From an uncultured Planctomycetia bacterium (GTDB lineage: Bacteria > Planctomycetota > MHYJ01 > WSZJ01): 64,000 bases of DNA. Below are positions 55,599 to 64,000 of this stretch, one piece after another (position 1 is the stretch's first letter; each line of letters starts with the position of its first letter). The notes under the pieces are model-generated. The model had not been told where the DNA came from, did not search any database, and worked only from the letters and a program-made list of their open reading frames with translations. The translations under genes and the position numbers were made by a program. Where the stretch lies: assembly GCA_963706735.1 (NCBI GenBank), contig CAVPNQ010000096.1, positions 2,368 to 66,367 of the forward strand, read 5' to 3'.

Positions 55599-56603
55599 GT
55601 GAAATTCATCTCATCGTTCCTGTTCGCCGGCCTGCTGGCTGGCGTCGTTTGTGCCCAGGACACCCCGCCGGCCGATCCTCCCAAGGACCCGCCGAAGGAA
55701 GGCGATCCGAAGGAAGGCGATCCGGTTCCCCTGGAACCGACGACCGAATGGTCCAAGACCTGGCAGGGCGCACGCAATTCCGCCCAGAAGCGGCAGGGCT
55801 ACGCGATCATGTGGGTCCAGGCCGACAAGCAGGCCGACGGATCGGACGCGCCCCACACGTCGCGCCTCCAGGACATGTACTTCAACCGCCCCGAGGTGTA
55901 CCACGACCTGAACGAGCAGTTCGGGTGCTGGAAGGGGTCGATGGCCGATGCCCAGCAGCAGGGAGGCAAGCACCTGCAGGACGCCGGTGTCACCAAGGGA
56001 CCGGCGCTTCTTTACGTCGATCCGGACACCGGCGAGGTAGTAGACAGCTACGTCGGGCGCTTCACGTACCAGGAAATCGGCGAAGTGACGAAGGCCGTGA
56101 TGGAAGGGAACAACCGGAAGAAGGTCGAGGAGAAGTTGAAGGACAAGGAGAACGCAGGGGACACGAAGCTGCAGCTGCTGTACGGGGACGCGCTGGTGCG
56201 GACGGGCGACACGAAGGATGCGCGCAAGGCGTACGCGGTTGTGCTGAGTAAGTCGAACGACATGAAAGAGAAGATCATGGCCGAAGTGGGCCTGGCCTGG
56301 TGCGACCTGAAGGAGAAGAAGTACAAGGAAGCGATCGAGAACTCGGAAAAGGCGATGGCGCAGATGCCTCCGATGATTCCGCCGCGCGGGACGTGTCTTT
56401 ACATCCAGGTGTGGGCGTACTACGAGCAGAACGAGCTGGATGAGTGCTCGAAGGTGGCGACCGTCCTGCGTGAGACGCTGATCCGCACGACGCACGGATG
56501 GAAGCTGAACGACGACATCATCGACATCGGGTACTGCTTCATCTGCAAGGTCAAGTTCAACCCGGGCTCGCCGCACAGCTGCGAACCGACCGAACCGAAG
56601 TAG
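55599..56603 (+). CDS. secreted thioredoxin-fold-like plus TPR protein
   Basis: GTG at 55599 gives the signal KFISSFLFAGLLAGVVCA. A Pro/Asp/Lys-rich linker, a thioredoxin-like segment without CxxC, then TPR-like helices. Confidence 0.6.
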   Translation: MKFISSFLFAGLLAGVVCAQDTPPADPPKDPPKEGDPKEGDPVPLEPTTEWSKTWQGARNSAQKRQGYAIMWVQADKQADGSDAPHTSRLQDMYFNRPEVYHDLNEQFGCWKGSMADAQQQGGKHLQDAGVTKGPALLYVDPDTGEVVDSYVGRFTYQEIGEVTKAVMEGNNRKKVEEKLKDKENAGDTKLQLLYGDALVRTGDTKDARKAYAVVLSKSNDMKEKIMAEVGLAWCDLKEKKYKEAIENSEKAMAQMPPMIPPRGTCLYIQVWAYYEQNELDECSKVATVLRETLIRTTHGWKLNDDIIDIGYCFICKVKFNPGSPHSCEPTEPK

Positions 56604-56621
56604 AGGCCCAGGAATCACGAC

Positions 56622-56658
56622 GCGGGGCCGGGGAGCGATCCCCGGTCCCGTTTTTTTT
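56622..56658 (+). terminator. intrinsic terminator
   Basis: gcggggccgggga-gcga-tccccggtcccg hairpin followed by tttttttt, 20 nt after the stop at 56603. Confidence 0.8.
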
Positions 56659-56782
56659 GTGTCCCCGGCGCAGGACAGCGCCGCGCCGCTGGAAGCGCGA
56701 CGGGCGTGGGGAAGTCCCGGCACGCGCCTTGCTCTATACTGGCCGGGAGGGAAGAAGTGTCCTCTTTTCCGGAGTGCTGGAC

Positions 56783-57862
56783 ATGATCCGCGCCGCCACG
56801 TTCGCCATGCTGCTGCTCGCCGCCGGGGCCGCCCGCGCCGACCTCATCACCCTCAAGGATGGACGCGTCATCGAGGGGGACGTGATCTCCGACGACGGGA
56901 AAGTCGTAAAGGTCAAGCTGCGAATGGGCGCGGTGACGCTCGAAAAAGACCAGATCGCCTCGATCGAGGAGAAGGCGACGCCGGAGCAGGAGTACGAGGC
57001 TCGGCTGGCGAAGCTGGATGCCGGCAGCGCGAGGGAAAACTTCGATCTCGGGGCGTGGGCCGAAATGGTGAGGCTCGAGAAGCTGGCCGTGAAGCACTAC
57101 ATCGCGGCCGCCACCCTGGACCCGGAGATGAAGGTCGCGGTTGACGAGTTGACGTCGCGGGACTGGCACCTGGTCGAGGGCGAGTGGCAGGACGCCGACA
57201 CCTACTACCCTTCGCGCGGCTACGTCCGCTTCGAAGGCCGCTGGGCCCACCCCCTGGAGTACTCCTGGCGCCTGTCGCAGCAGATCCGCAAGAAGCTGGA
57301 GGAGCGGCTGGCCGCTTCCCGCTCGCAGGTGTCGCGCGAACACAGCGCCGGCGCGCGCGCGGAGGCCGCGGGAATCGCCGCCCGCCGCACGATCGCCACC
57401 CGGACCGCCGAGCGCCGCGAAGCAGAGGCCGCGATCCCGGATGCGGAAGCGGCGGCCCGGACGGCGGAGCGGGCCCGCGACCGGGCGGAGCGCGTGGTGG
57501 AGCGCGCGCAGTGGAGCTACGACCAGGAGCGGCTGCGCCAGCAGCGCGGGGAACCCAACGCGCTGGGGCAGGCGGACATCGACCTGAGGCAGGCGAAGCG
57601 CACCTTCGCGCTCGCGGAGTTCGACCGCGCGACGGCGGAGCAGCGCGTGACGGATCTCAACAAGCTCACGGCCGCGCTCTCGGCCGCGATCGAGGATGCC
57701 GAGGAATCCGCGGCGAAGAACGAGAAGATCGCGGCCGCCGCGGCGGAGGCCGAAAAGGAAGCGCTGGCGGGGCTTCACGAGGTCGAGCAGCAGGTGGAGG
57801 CCGCGAAGGGCGCCGAGGAAAAAGCGAAGGCGGAGTGGGAGAAGGCAAAGCCCGCGAAGTAG
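56783..57862 (+). CDS. secreted coiled-coil protein (hypothetical)
   Basis: ATG at 56783 gives the signal MIRAATFAMLLLAAGAARA. The C-terminal half is Ala/Glu/Arg-rich coiled coil. Confidence 0.6.
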   Translation: MIRAATFAMLLLAAGAARADLITLKDGRVIEGDVISDDGKVVKVKLRMGAVTLEKDQIASIEEKATPEQEYEARLAKLDAGSARENFDLGAWAEMVRLEKLAVKHYIAAATLDPEMKVAVDELTSRDWHLVEGEWQDADTYYPSRGYVRFEGRWAHPLEYSWRLSQQIRKKLEERLAASRSQVSREHSAGARAEAAGIAARRTIATRTAERREAEAAIPDAEAAARTAERARDRAERVVERAQWSYDQERLRQQRGEPNALGQADIDLRQAKRTFALAEFDRATAEQRVTDLNKLTAALSAAIEDAEESAAKNEKIAAAAAEAEKEALAGLHEVEQQVEAAKGAEEKAKAEWEKAKPAK

Positions 57863-57909
57863 CCCGGGCGAGGGAACCGCTTCCGCGCGCTGAGGGTACA
57901 ATCGCCGGG

Positions 57910-60216
57910 ATGAAGAAACTTGCCGCGGCCGTCCTGGCGCTGTCCTCCGTGGTCGCCGGTTGCGAAAAGAAAACTCCGGCCGCGGCGCCTCCTCCCCCGG
58001 CGGGCGGCCCGGCCGTCCCCCCGCCCTCAAACGGCGGCGGATCGAAGCCCCCGACCGATGGCGGATTCGCCCCCGTCAATTCCTACCAGGGCCGCGACAT
58101 CGAGCAGTGGGCCGCCCTCCTCGAATCCCCGAACCGCGACGAACAGAACTCCGCCATCATGGCCCTCGGCCGCATCGGGCCCGCTTCCGTCCCCGTCCTG
58201 CGCGACCGCCTCCGGCACAAGCACGCCGACGTGCGCGTCGCGGCGGCCACCGCGTTCGGCGTGCTCGGACGCATGGGCGCCGACGGCGTGCCCTCGCTCG
58301 CCCTCGCCCTGTCCGATGAGGACTTCAAGGTCCGCGTGGCCGCCGCCGAGGCCCTTCGAGCCATGGGACCCGTCTCGGCTCCCGCTTCCGGCGCGCTCGT
58401 CCTGGCCCTCGCGGACGACGCGGGCAAGGTCCGCGAGTTTGCGGTGCAGGCGCTCGCGGCGATCGGGCAGCCCGCCGTCCCGGACCTCGTCGCCGCCACG
58501 CGCGAAACCGGCCGCGCCATCCGCGAACGCGCCCTCAACGCCCTCGCTTCCATGCTCCCGGGCGTCACTCCTCCCGTGGAGCCGTTTCGCGAAGCGATTC
58601 TCGAGCCGGCGACGCCGCTGAGGCTGGCCGGTGTGCGCGGGCTGGCCCGCATGGGCGCCGCCGCGGCTCCCGCGGCCGCCGAAATCGCCAGCCTGCTCAC
58701 GGATGCCGACCCCACGGTCGCCGAGATCGCGACCGATGCGCTCGCCAAGATCGGCCCTTCCGCTCTAGAGCACATCCAGAAGAACATCGCCGGCGCCACG
58801 CCGCAGGTCCGGGCCCGCGCGTTCAAGTCCATGGGCGGCTGCGGTGCCGCGGCCGTGCCGTTCCTCAAGGCGGGGCTCGCCGATCCCGAATCGACCGTCC
58901 GGTTCGCGGCCGCCGGCGCCCTCGGCGTCATCGGCCCCGCCGCGGCCGACGCGGCGCCCGCCCTCGTCGAACTCCTCGGGGACCCCGAAGAGGGCACCGC
59001 CGGGCGCGCCGTCTGGGCGCTCGGGCGCATCGGCGCAGGCGCCATCGAATTCCTCGAGGGCGCCCTCGTGCTCCCGTCCGCGCTCGCCCGCCGCCGCGCC
59101 TGCGCGGCGCTGGGGGAAGCAGGCCCGGCGGGCGCGCCCGCCGCGGCATCGATCGTCCGCGCGCTCCGCGACGAGAACGCCGAAGTCCGCGCCGCTGCTG
59201 CCGAGGCCCTGGGCAAGCTAGGCCCGGCCGCCGCGCCCCAGGCCGTCGCCGCGCTCGCGTCCCCCGATCCGTTCACCCGCGCCGCCGCCATCCGCGCCCT
59301 CGGCGCTTTCGGCGCCGAGTCCGTCCCCGCCCTCATCGAAGTGCTCCGGAAGCCCGAGTCATTGCTTCAGCGCCTCGCCGCCCAGGACGCCCTCAAGTCG
59401 ATCGGCTCTCCCGCGCTGGTCCCGGTGGCCGCCCTGGTCAAGGACGAAGACAAGGACCTCCGCGCCGCGGCGGCCGAGGTCCTGGGGGGGATGGGCGCGT
59501 CGGGCGTCCCCGTTCTCATGGAACTTCTCGACAGCAAGGACCCCGCGCTCCGGAAGCTTGGCGCGGAGAAGCTCGGCCTCGCCGGGCAGATGGGCGGGCC
59601 CGCGATCCCGGCGCTCTGCGTGCTCCTCCGCGACACGGACGTCGAAATGCGCCGCGCCGCGGCGACCGCCATCGCCGCCATCGGCACCAAGGACAGCGCC
59701 TCATCGGAAGCTTGCGAGAAGGGGCTCACCGATGTCGATCCCGTCGTGCGGGCCGCGTGCGTCATGCCGTACCTCGCCGGCTGCGCGCAGGTCAGCGACG
59801 CCGTGGCGAAAATCGCCCCCCTGGCGCGCGATCCTGACAGCCGCGTGATCGCTTCCGCCCTCCTCGCCCTCACCAGCGACGTCCCCAACATGCTCGGATC
59901 CATCGGCCCGCTCTTCCACGAGGTCGCCATCCCGGCCATGGTGGACGCCTCCCTGAACGCCGACCCCGCGGCCCGCATCGCCGCGGCCGCCGCCCTCGGC
60001 GCCGTCGCGGGGCGCGACGCCGCTCCCGTCGAAGCGCTGGTCAAGCTCGGCAAGGACAAGGACGCCACCGTCCGCGCCGCAGCCTGCACCGCCATGGGCG
60101 GAATCCGCCCCGACCTGTCCGGCAGCGCGAAGATCGTGCTCCGGGAAGCGGCGAAGGATCCCGAGGCCGCGGTGCGCGACGCGGCGGAAGCGGCGCTGAA
60201 GAAGCTCGGCGAGTAG
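57910..60216 (+). CDS. large HEAT-repeat lipoprotein (about 20 PBS-lyase-type repeats)
   Basis: ATG at 57910 gives MKKLAAAVLALSSVVAGC (lipobox). The translation is repetitive: DxxVRxAAAxALGxIGPxAxxAxPALxxxL. Confidence 0.8.
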   Translation: MKKLAAAVLALSSVVAGCEKKTPAAAPPPPAGGPAVPPPSNGGGSKPPTDGGFAPVNSYQGRDIEQWAALLESPNRDEQNSAIMALGRIGPASVPVLRDRLRHKHADVRVAAATAFGVLGRMGADGVPSLALALSDEDFKVRVAAAEALRAMGPVSAPASGALVLALADDAGKVREFAVQALAAIGQPAVPDLVAATRETGRAIRERALNALASMLPGVTPPVEPFREAILEPATPLRLAGVRGLARMGAAAAPAAAEIASLLTDADPTVAEIATDALAKIGPSALEHIQKNIAGATPQVRARAFKSMGGCGAAAVPFLKAGLADPESTVRFAAAGALGVIGPAAADAAPALVELLGDPEEGTAGRAVWALGRIGAGAIEFLEGALVLPSALARRRACAALGEAGPAGAPAAASIVRALRDENAEVRAAAAEALGKLGPAAAPQAVAALASPDPFTRAAAIRALGAFGAESVPALIEVLRKPESLLQRLAAQDALKSIGSPALVPVAALVKDEDKDLRAAAAEVLGGMGASGVPVLMELLDSKDPALRKLGAEKLGLAGQMGGPAIPALCVLLRDTDVEMRRAAATAIAAIGTKDSASSEACEKGLTDVDPVVRAACVMPYLAGCAQVSDAVAKIAPLARDPDSRVIASALLALTSDVPNMLGSIGPLFHEVAIPAMVDASLNADPAARIAAAAALGAVAGRDAAPVEALVKLGKDKDATVRAAACTAMGGIRPDLSGSAKIVLREAAKDPEAAVRDAAEAALKKLGE

Positions 60217-60225
60217 AAGGGGCCG

Positions 60226-60254
60226 AAAAAAAACCGGCGGGCATCGCCCGCCGG
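60226..60254 (-). terminator. intrinsic terminator for the minus-strand DUF867 gene (hairpin shared with the converging HEAT gene)
   Basis: ccggcgggc-atc-gcccgccgg is preceded on the plus strand by aaaaaaaa, which is a U-tract on the minus strand. Confidence 0.75.
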
Positions 60255-60276
60255 CTTGTGGGTTCACACTCGACGC

Positions 60277-60930
60277 CTATCCCAGCTCGCGCACGACCTC
60301 GATCAGCGCCGTCACCAGCTGCGCCGCCGCCCCGCGAATCGCCGGGACCGCTTCGTCCCGCAGCGCCCGCGGCAGCTCGATCTGCACGCCCTTCTTCGGC
60401 ACCCGGTTGATGATGTTGTCCTTGTGGTGCCCCACCAGGTCGTCGGGAATGCGCGCGTGCTCGTCCACGACCTCGTAGGCGCCCTTCAGCGCATGCCTCA
60501 TCGCCCCGGCGCACAGTTCGACCGCTTCCGCAGCCAGCCCGCTCACGTACACCGGCCCGCCGTCCTTCGTGCGGCCGTGCCCGTGGATCGAGATGGCGAC
60601 GCGGGTCGCGGCAATCGCCTGGTCGAGTTTCGGCGAAATGCCGGTGGTCATGCGCGTGACGGTCACATGAAGCGCGGTGTTTCCGGTCGGGCGCTTCGCG
60701 GACAGGACGTACAGCGTGGCGCCGGTGGCCTGTGCGACGGCGCGGGCGATTTCCTCGGTGCCGGGCTCGATGCCTCCGCCGTGGGGGGCGAAGATGCCGA
60801 CGCCGTTGCCGGGCAGGAAGACCTCGCGGACCGCGGGGTCCTTGAGGACGGCCTTGAACTCGGGTTCCTTTGAGGATTTGGCCGAGGACTTGGCCGACGA
60901 CTTGGCGGGCTTGGCTTTGAGGACTTTCAT
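60277..60930 (-). CDS. poly-gamma-glutamate hydrolase-like protein (DUF867/PghP/YjqB family)
   Basis: ATG at 60930. The translation IFAPHGGGIEPGTEEIA...VAISIHGHG...QIELP is characteristic of the phage-associated PghP/UPF0714 zinc hydrolase fold. The N-terminal tail is KAKPAKSSAKSSAKSSK. Confidence 0.65.
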   Translation of the reverse strand: MKVLKAKPAKSSAKSSAKSSKEPEFKAVLKDPAVREVFLPGNGVGIFAPHGGGIEPGTEEIARAVAQATGATLYVLSAKRPTGNTALHVTVTRMTTGISPKLDQAIAATRVAISIHGHGRTKDGGPVYVSGLAAEAVELCAGAMRHALKGAYEVVDEHARIPDDLVGHHKDNIINRVPKKGVQIELPRALRDEAVPAIRGAAAQLVTALIEVVRELG

Positions 60931-61116
60931 TCTTTTCTCCCTCTTGCGCGGAAAGCCGATTGTACCCGAAAGAGGGGTGCGGCGGGAGGGGGAACTTTGG
61001 GAATTGCCGCGGTGCGTCAGGGGCGGGAGGACTTGTCCGCGAAAAGCGTCCTCTTGCAAGGATTTATGTTTTTGAAGCGGAGGTCTTGCGTGCCGCGACT
61101 CCGAGGAATCGTTCCG

Positions 61117-61959
61117 TCACTCCTCGTGGACGTAAGCTTCAAGAATTTCGATTTCGCTCTTCAGATCAGATGCGCTGGCTTCAACGCCGTCCATCCCGGT
61201 TTCCACATCGGACATCCCGGACTCCAAGTCGATCATCAGTAGCTCAAGGTCATCGCGTACGTCTCGCCAGTTCGAGCGTCGGTCGGAGAATTCACCGACC
61301 TTTGACGTGACGTTGTCCACTTCATCCCGCAGCCGAGCAACCTCGCTTGTCAGCTCTGACACTTCGTTTTCGAGCGCCTCGGCCTTCGCCTCAAGTTCTC
61401 CCCCTGTGGTGTCGGTCCCCGGTTGACGGGAAGTCGTATGGGGCCGTTCCGAGTCTCCAGGAGGCGAAGGTGTTCGGAAATAGAGGACGAAATTCAGAAG
61501 AACGGAAACTATCGAGACTCCAACCCAGATGCCTGCCGCGTTGGGACGCGCACTCTGGGAGACTGATCGGTGAGAAGTGGACTCATCCTCCGGGTCGAAC
61601 AGCATATCCGCCGCATCTGGATCGTCATCCGTGGGAAGGCCATCTGATGCGGATTCATCCTCCGGGTCTAACAGCATATCCGCCGCGTCGGGATCGTCAT
61701 CCGTGGGAGATTCATCTGAAGCGGATTCATCTTCCGGGTCGAACAGCAGATCTGCAGCCTTGATTTCATCTTCTGCGGGTCGGCCATCTGAAGAGGACTC
61801 ATCCTCAGGGTAGTGGGTAGTTGCCGCTCCATCTCCGCATACCCTCCCAGAGTGGGCATCGAAGGAAGTGCCACACAACCGGCAACTGACCCGATGCGTT
61901 CGCGCATCTGTCGGTGGGCGCTCCTTAGACATTCCGCACTTCGGACACCGGAGTCGCAT
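61117..61959 (-). CDS. zinc-ribbon (MJ0042-type) membrane protein with acidic tandem repeats and a C-terminal coiled-coil
   Basis: The start at 61959 (MRLRCPKCG...CRLCG) follows gggaga with 5-nt spacing. About 2.4 copies of a 24-aa acidic repeat (LFDPEDESASDxxPTDDDPDAADM), one TM helix (IWVGVSIVSVLLNFVLYF), then a heptad-rich tail. GC is lower than the flanks. Confidence 0.65.
   Translation of the reverse strand: MRLRCPKCGMSKERPPTDARTHRVSCRLCGTSFDAHSGRVCGDGAATTHYPEDESSSDGRPAEDEIKAADLLFDPEDESASDESPTDDDPDAADMLLDPEDESASDGLPTDDDPDAADMLFDPEDESTSHRSVSQSARPNAAGIWVGVSIVSVLLNFVLYFRTPSPPGDSERPHTTSRQPGTDTTGGELEAKAEALENEVSELTSEVARLRDEVDNVTSKVGEFSDRRSNWRDVRDDLELLMIDLESGMSDVETGMDGVEASASDLKSEIEILEAYVHEE
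61583..61760. repeat. 72-bp tandem repeat (about 2.4 copies) inside the zinc-ribbon protein gene
   Basis: The unit tcatcctccgggtcgaacagcatatccgccgcatctggatcgtcatccgtgggaaggccatctgatgcggat recurs with few substitutions. Confidence 0.8.
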
Positions 61960-62198
61960 GGCACTCTCCCGAGATAGAGAATCCACAGAAGTGTAGATTG
62001 GGTTGGCATGCGAGAAGCACGAGATCTCAAACCAAACGATTGGATGAGATCCGCGGTTAGATCCGAGCGAAGGGGGAGCGCTTCGTTTGCTCGGTCATTT
62101 GCTACGTTCGACGGTCGCGCACGGTCACGTCGCCGTCCCGCCACTTCTCGCCGCAAGCCCTTGTGTCCTTACGTGTTTCCAGTCACCTTCGGGCGTTA

Positions 62199-62233
62199 GG
62201 CGGAGTGGCGGAACTGGCAGACGCAACGGATTC
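62199..62233 (+). repeat. orphan 5' half of tRNA-Leu(CAA) (att-like direct repeat, left copy)
   Basis: ggcggagtggcggaactggcagacgcaacggattc is identical to 63907-63941. The sequence diverges inside the anticodon loop and no T-arm or acceptor 3' strand follows. Confidence 0.85.
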
Positions 62234-62506
62234 CCAATCGTTTCAAGTAGTTTCGCGGAGATTCGACCAGGCGAGCAGCAAGGGGATTCTTCCCGCGGCG
62301 GCCCGTATTCGTTTCACGGCGGTCTCTCGGCCGGATTTCCGCCCCCTCGACTGTCTTCGACTCGTCGGATGGCACAAGTACGGCACAACAGTACCCGGGC
62401 AACCCTCGCGAGGTAGAATCGAGCGACGGCGCAGCAGGGTCGCGCTCCTTTTGGGTGGCGAGGTCAAGCCAGACCTCTGGACCGCCTTCGGCTTTCACGG
62501 AGGTTG

Positions 62507-63721
62507 ATGGTGGACCGCAAGCTTCCCGAAACGTGGAGAGTTCCAGCTTTCATCGCGATGCTTCAAACTCCAGAAGCGACGAAGCTGGAGTGGTGGCCGG
62601 GGATGCATGACCTGGATCGCTTCTACTCCATGGTCGAGCGTCTCTTCGGGATCAAGAAGGATGACTTCCCCCGCAACGGTCCCCAGTCTTCGCTCAACCT
62701 GAAGCAGTATTTAGAGATGCCACGTGTAGAAGAGCGTAACCGCAAGGAGATGGCGAGGTTGATTCGAGCGGGAACGGTGTCTGTGCGCCCTGAGCACAAC
62801 ACGGCATTCGCCCTCGAATTGCTCGACCCGGACAGGTACGGCGAAGAATTTGAAAGGTCTTCTACTGGAGCGAGTGGAGGAGTTGACATGCCGAAGGCGA
62901 GGTCTGGGGGCGGTGAAGAGCGAAAACCTAAGAGAGAGATTGTTCACTTGAGGGTCGATAGGGAGAGAGCGGCTTCGCTCTTGCAAAACTGTCTCGACGA
63001 GATGAAGGAGCACTACATTCCCGACCTTGCGATGAATCACTTCGCGCCCGGGATAAGGGCCAAAGCACAGACGTGGACGGACAAATGCGAGGCAGTCCTG
63101 AAGTTGATTTTCGGAGAAGGTCAGACCGTCGACGACTTCTGTGATGCTGGAACCCCGTTCTATTCTGCGGATGACTTCGTCCATCGTTATAAGAAGCTCC
63201 TTGGGGTTCAAGCGTCACTTCCGTACATCGAACAGGCGAACCCGATAGCGGCTGTCCCGAAGGCACCGAACTACTCCACCACGAAGGTCTTCATCGTTCA
63301 CGGGCACGCGCCCCTTAGGCACGAAGTGGAACTCTTCCTAACGAAGATCGGGCTCACCCCGATCATCCTTGAGGAACAAGCCAGCAAGGGAATGACGGTG
63401 ATCGAGAAGCTGGAACACTGCGCCGATGTCGGCTTCGCCGTGGTCCTTCTCACGCCTGACGATGTGGGAGGCAAGCTGGCCGAAGATCCCACCAAGCAGG
63501 CGTTGAAGCCGCGGGCCCGTCAGAACGTGATCCTGGAACTCGGCTACTTCGTCGGGAAGCTCGGAAGGGATCGAGTCTGCGCACTCAAGAAGGGTGAACT
63601 TGAAGAGCCCGGCGACTTCGAGAACGTCGTGTACGTCTCGTACGATGATGGGAAGTGGGGCATCAAACTTGTGAAGGAGCTTGAGGCCGCAGGGATGACT
63701 GTGAATCGCGGGGGGATGTAG
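62507..63721 (+). CDS. protein with a C-terminal TIR-like nucleotide-binding domain (CAP12/Pycsar-effector TIR type) and an unknown N-terminal domain
   Basis: The C-terminal 140 aa or so read KVFIVHGHAPLRHEVELFL...FAVVLLTPDDVG...ARQNVILELGYFVGKLGRDRVCAL, matching the COG4271/PF10137 pattern including the conserved Glu. The N-terminal 260 aa or so are unrecognised. The start is ATG 62507 (the track uses TTG 62504). Confidence 0.7.
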   Translation: MVDRKLPETWRVPAFIAMLQTPEATKLEWWPGMHDLDRFYSMVERLFGIKKDDFPRNGPQSSLNLKQYLEMPRVEERNRKEMARLIRAGTVSVRPEHNTAFALELLDPDRYGEEFERSSTGASGGVDMPKARSGGGEERKPKREIVHLRVDRERAASLLQNCLDEMKEHYIPDLAMNHFAPGIRAKAQTWTDKCEAVLKLIFGEGQTVDDFCDAGTPFYSADDFVHRYKKLLGVQASLPYIEQANPIAAVPKAPNYSTTKVFIVHGHAPLRHEVELFLTKIGLTPIILEEQASKGMTVIEKLEHCADVGFAVVLLTPDDVGGKLAEDPTKQALKPRARQNVILELGYFVGKLGRDRVCALKKGELEEPGDFENVVYVSYDDGKWGIKLVKELEAAGMTVNRGGM

Positions 63722-63906
63722 CTAGCGAATACCCGAAGCCCCCCGCGCAACCTCAGGCCAAAGGCACTTCTTCAGAGTTCCCCCAGCACCACCCCGAAAC
63801 CGGGCGGAAGTGACACAAGTACGGCACAAGCGGCGAAGTCGGCGCAGGTTGTGTAGCAGGCGCAGTTGACGTAACCTCTTGCTCGACACACAAGTGAGTG
63901 TCACTC

Positions 63907-63990
63907 GGCGGAGTGGCGGAACTGGCAGACGCAACGGATTCAAAATCCGTCGGGCTCACACCCGTGAGGGTTCAATTCCCTCCTCCGCTA
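63907..63990 (+). tRNA. tRNA-Leu (anticodon CAA)
   Basis: Fold: GGCGGAG-TG-GCG-GAACTGGCAGA-CGC-A-ACGGA-TTCAAAA-TCCGT, long variable arm CGGGCTCACACCCGTG, then AGGG-TTCAATT-CCCT...CTCCGCT-A. G1:U72 is a wobble pair. Confidence 0.85.
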
Positions 63991-64000
63991 TCGTCTCGAA

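Noticed and set aside
57184-57909. 5' extension of the 1010-aa HEAT ORF overlapping the coiled-coil gene.
   Set aside because: The extension is Arg/Gly-rich and overlaps the 56783..57862 gene in another frame. ATG 57910 gives a textbook lipoprotein signal (LSSVVAGC).
62199-62290. Possible third complete Leu-type tRNA.
   Set aside because: Only the first 35 nt match tRNA-Leu(CAA). After the anticodon loop there is no variable arm, T-arm or complementary acceptor strand. I treated it as an orphan 5' half (att-like repeat).

Overview
This is a high-GC (by eye about 65-70%) bacterial chromosomal window, tightly packed with about 60 protein genes, many translationally coupled through ATGA/GTGA overlaps. 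The mix of many HEAT/TPR/WD40 repeat proteins, a multihaem cytochrome, DUF885/DUF1294/DUF1232 proteins and lipoproteins suggests a PVC/planctomycete-like or similar environmental lineage, but that is inference only. The long ORFs in the six-frame track that lie antisense to, or 5' of, recognisable genes are GC-driven shadow ORFs.

Recognisable content, in order:
- argS 3' end.
- A 4-gene ABC module (ATPase-permease-ATPase-permease).
- An actin-fold ATPase paired with a coiled-coil protein.
- tRNA-Ala(CGC) and tRNA-Val(GAC) flanking a small basic protein.
- RNase D.
- An operon of secreted protein, WD40 propeller and thioredoxin-like octahaem cytochrome.
- An nfeD-nfeD-floA membrane-microdomain operon.
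- Two GT-C-like membrane proteins.
- A TroA/ZnuA-type metal-uptake operon with a porin, a permease-HEAT fusion and no ATPase.
- An OYE flavoprotein.
- A Ser/Thr kinase with TPR repeats.
- A NiCoT transporter.
- An acyl-CoA/aryl-CoA catabolic cluster.
- Several large HEAT lipoproteins.

Two lower-GC accessory patches stand out.
1. About 37.6-41.7 kb. It holds two tandem Leu-type class II tRNA-like genes whose hand-folded anticodons are UUA (reads the UAA stop) and UGG (Pro). It also holds a decayed IS3-family transposase and a methyltransferase plus putative PD-(D/E)XK endonuclease pair.
2. About 60.3-64.0 kb. A single gene with a C-terminal CAP12/Pycsar-type TIR-like domain is bracketed by a perfect 35-bp direct repeat of the 5' half of tRNA-Leu(CAA). 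Beside it are a DUF867/PghP-like gene and a zinc-ribbon acidic-repeat membrane protein.

Other unexplained structure:
- A conserved C/A-rich element of about 85 bp sits immediately 5' of two unrelated genes.
- A perfect 31-bp inverted repeat abuts tRNA-Val.
- A MITE-like palindrome of about 245 bp.
- An unannotated 37-codon Cys/Lys-rich ORF heads the metal operon.

All calls are from manual reading; no searches were run.
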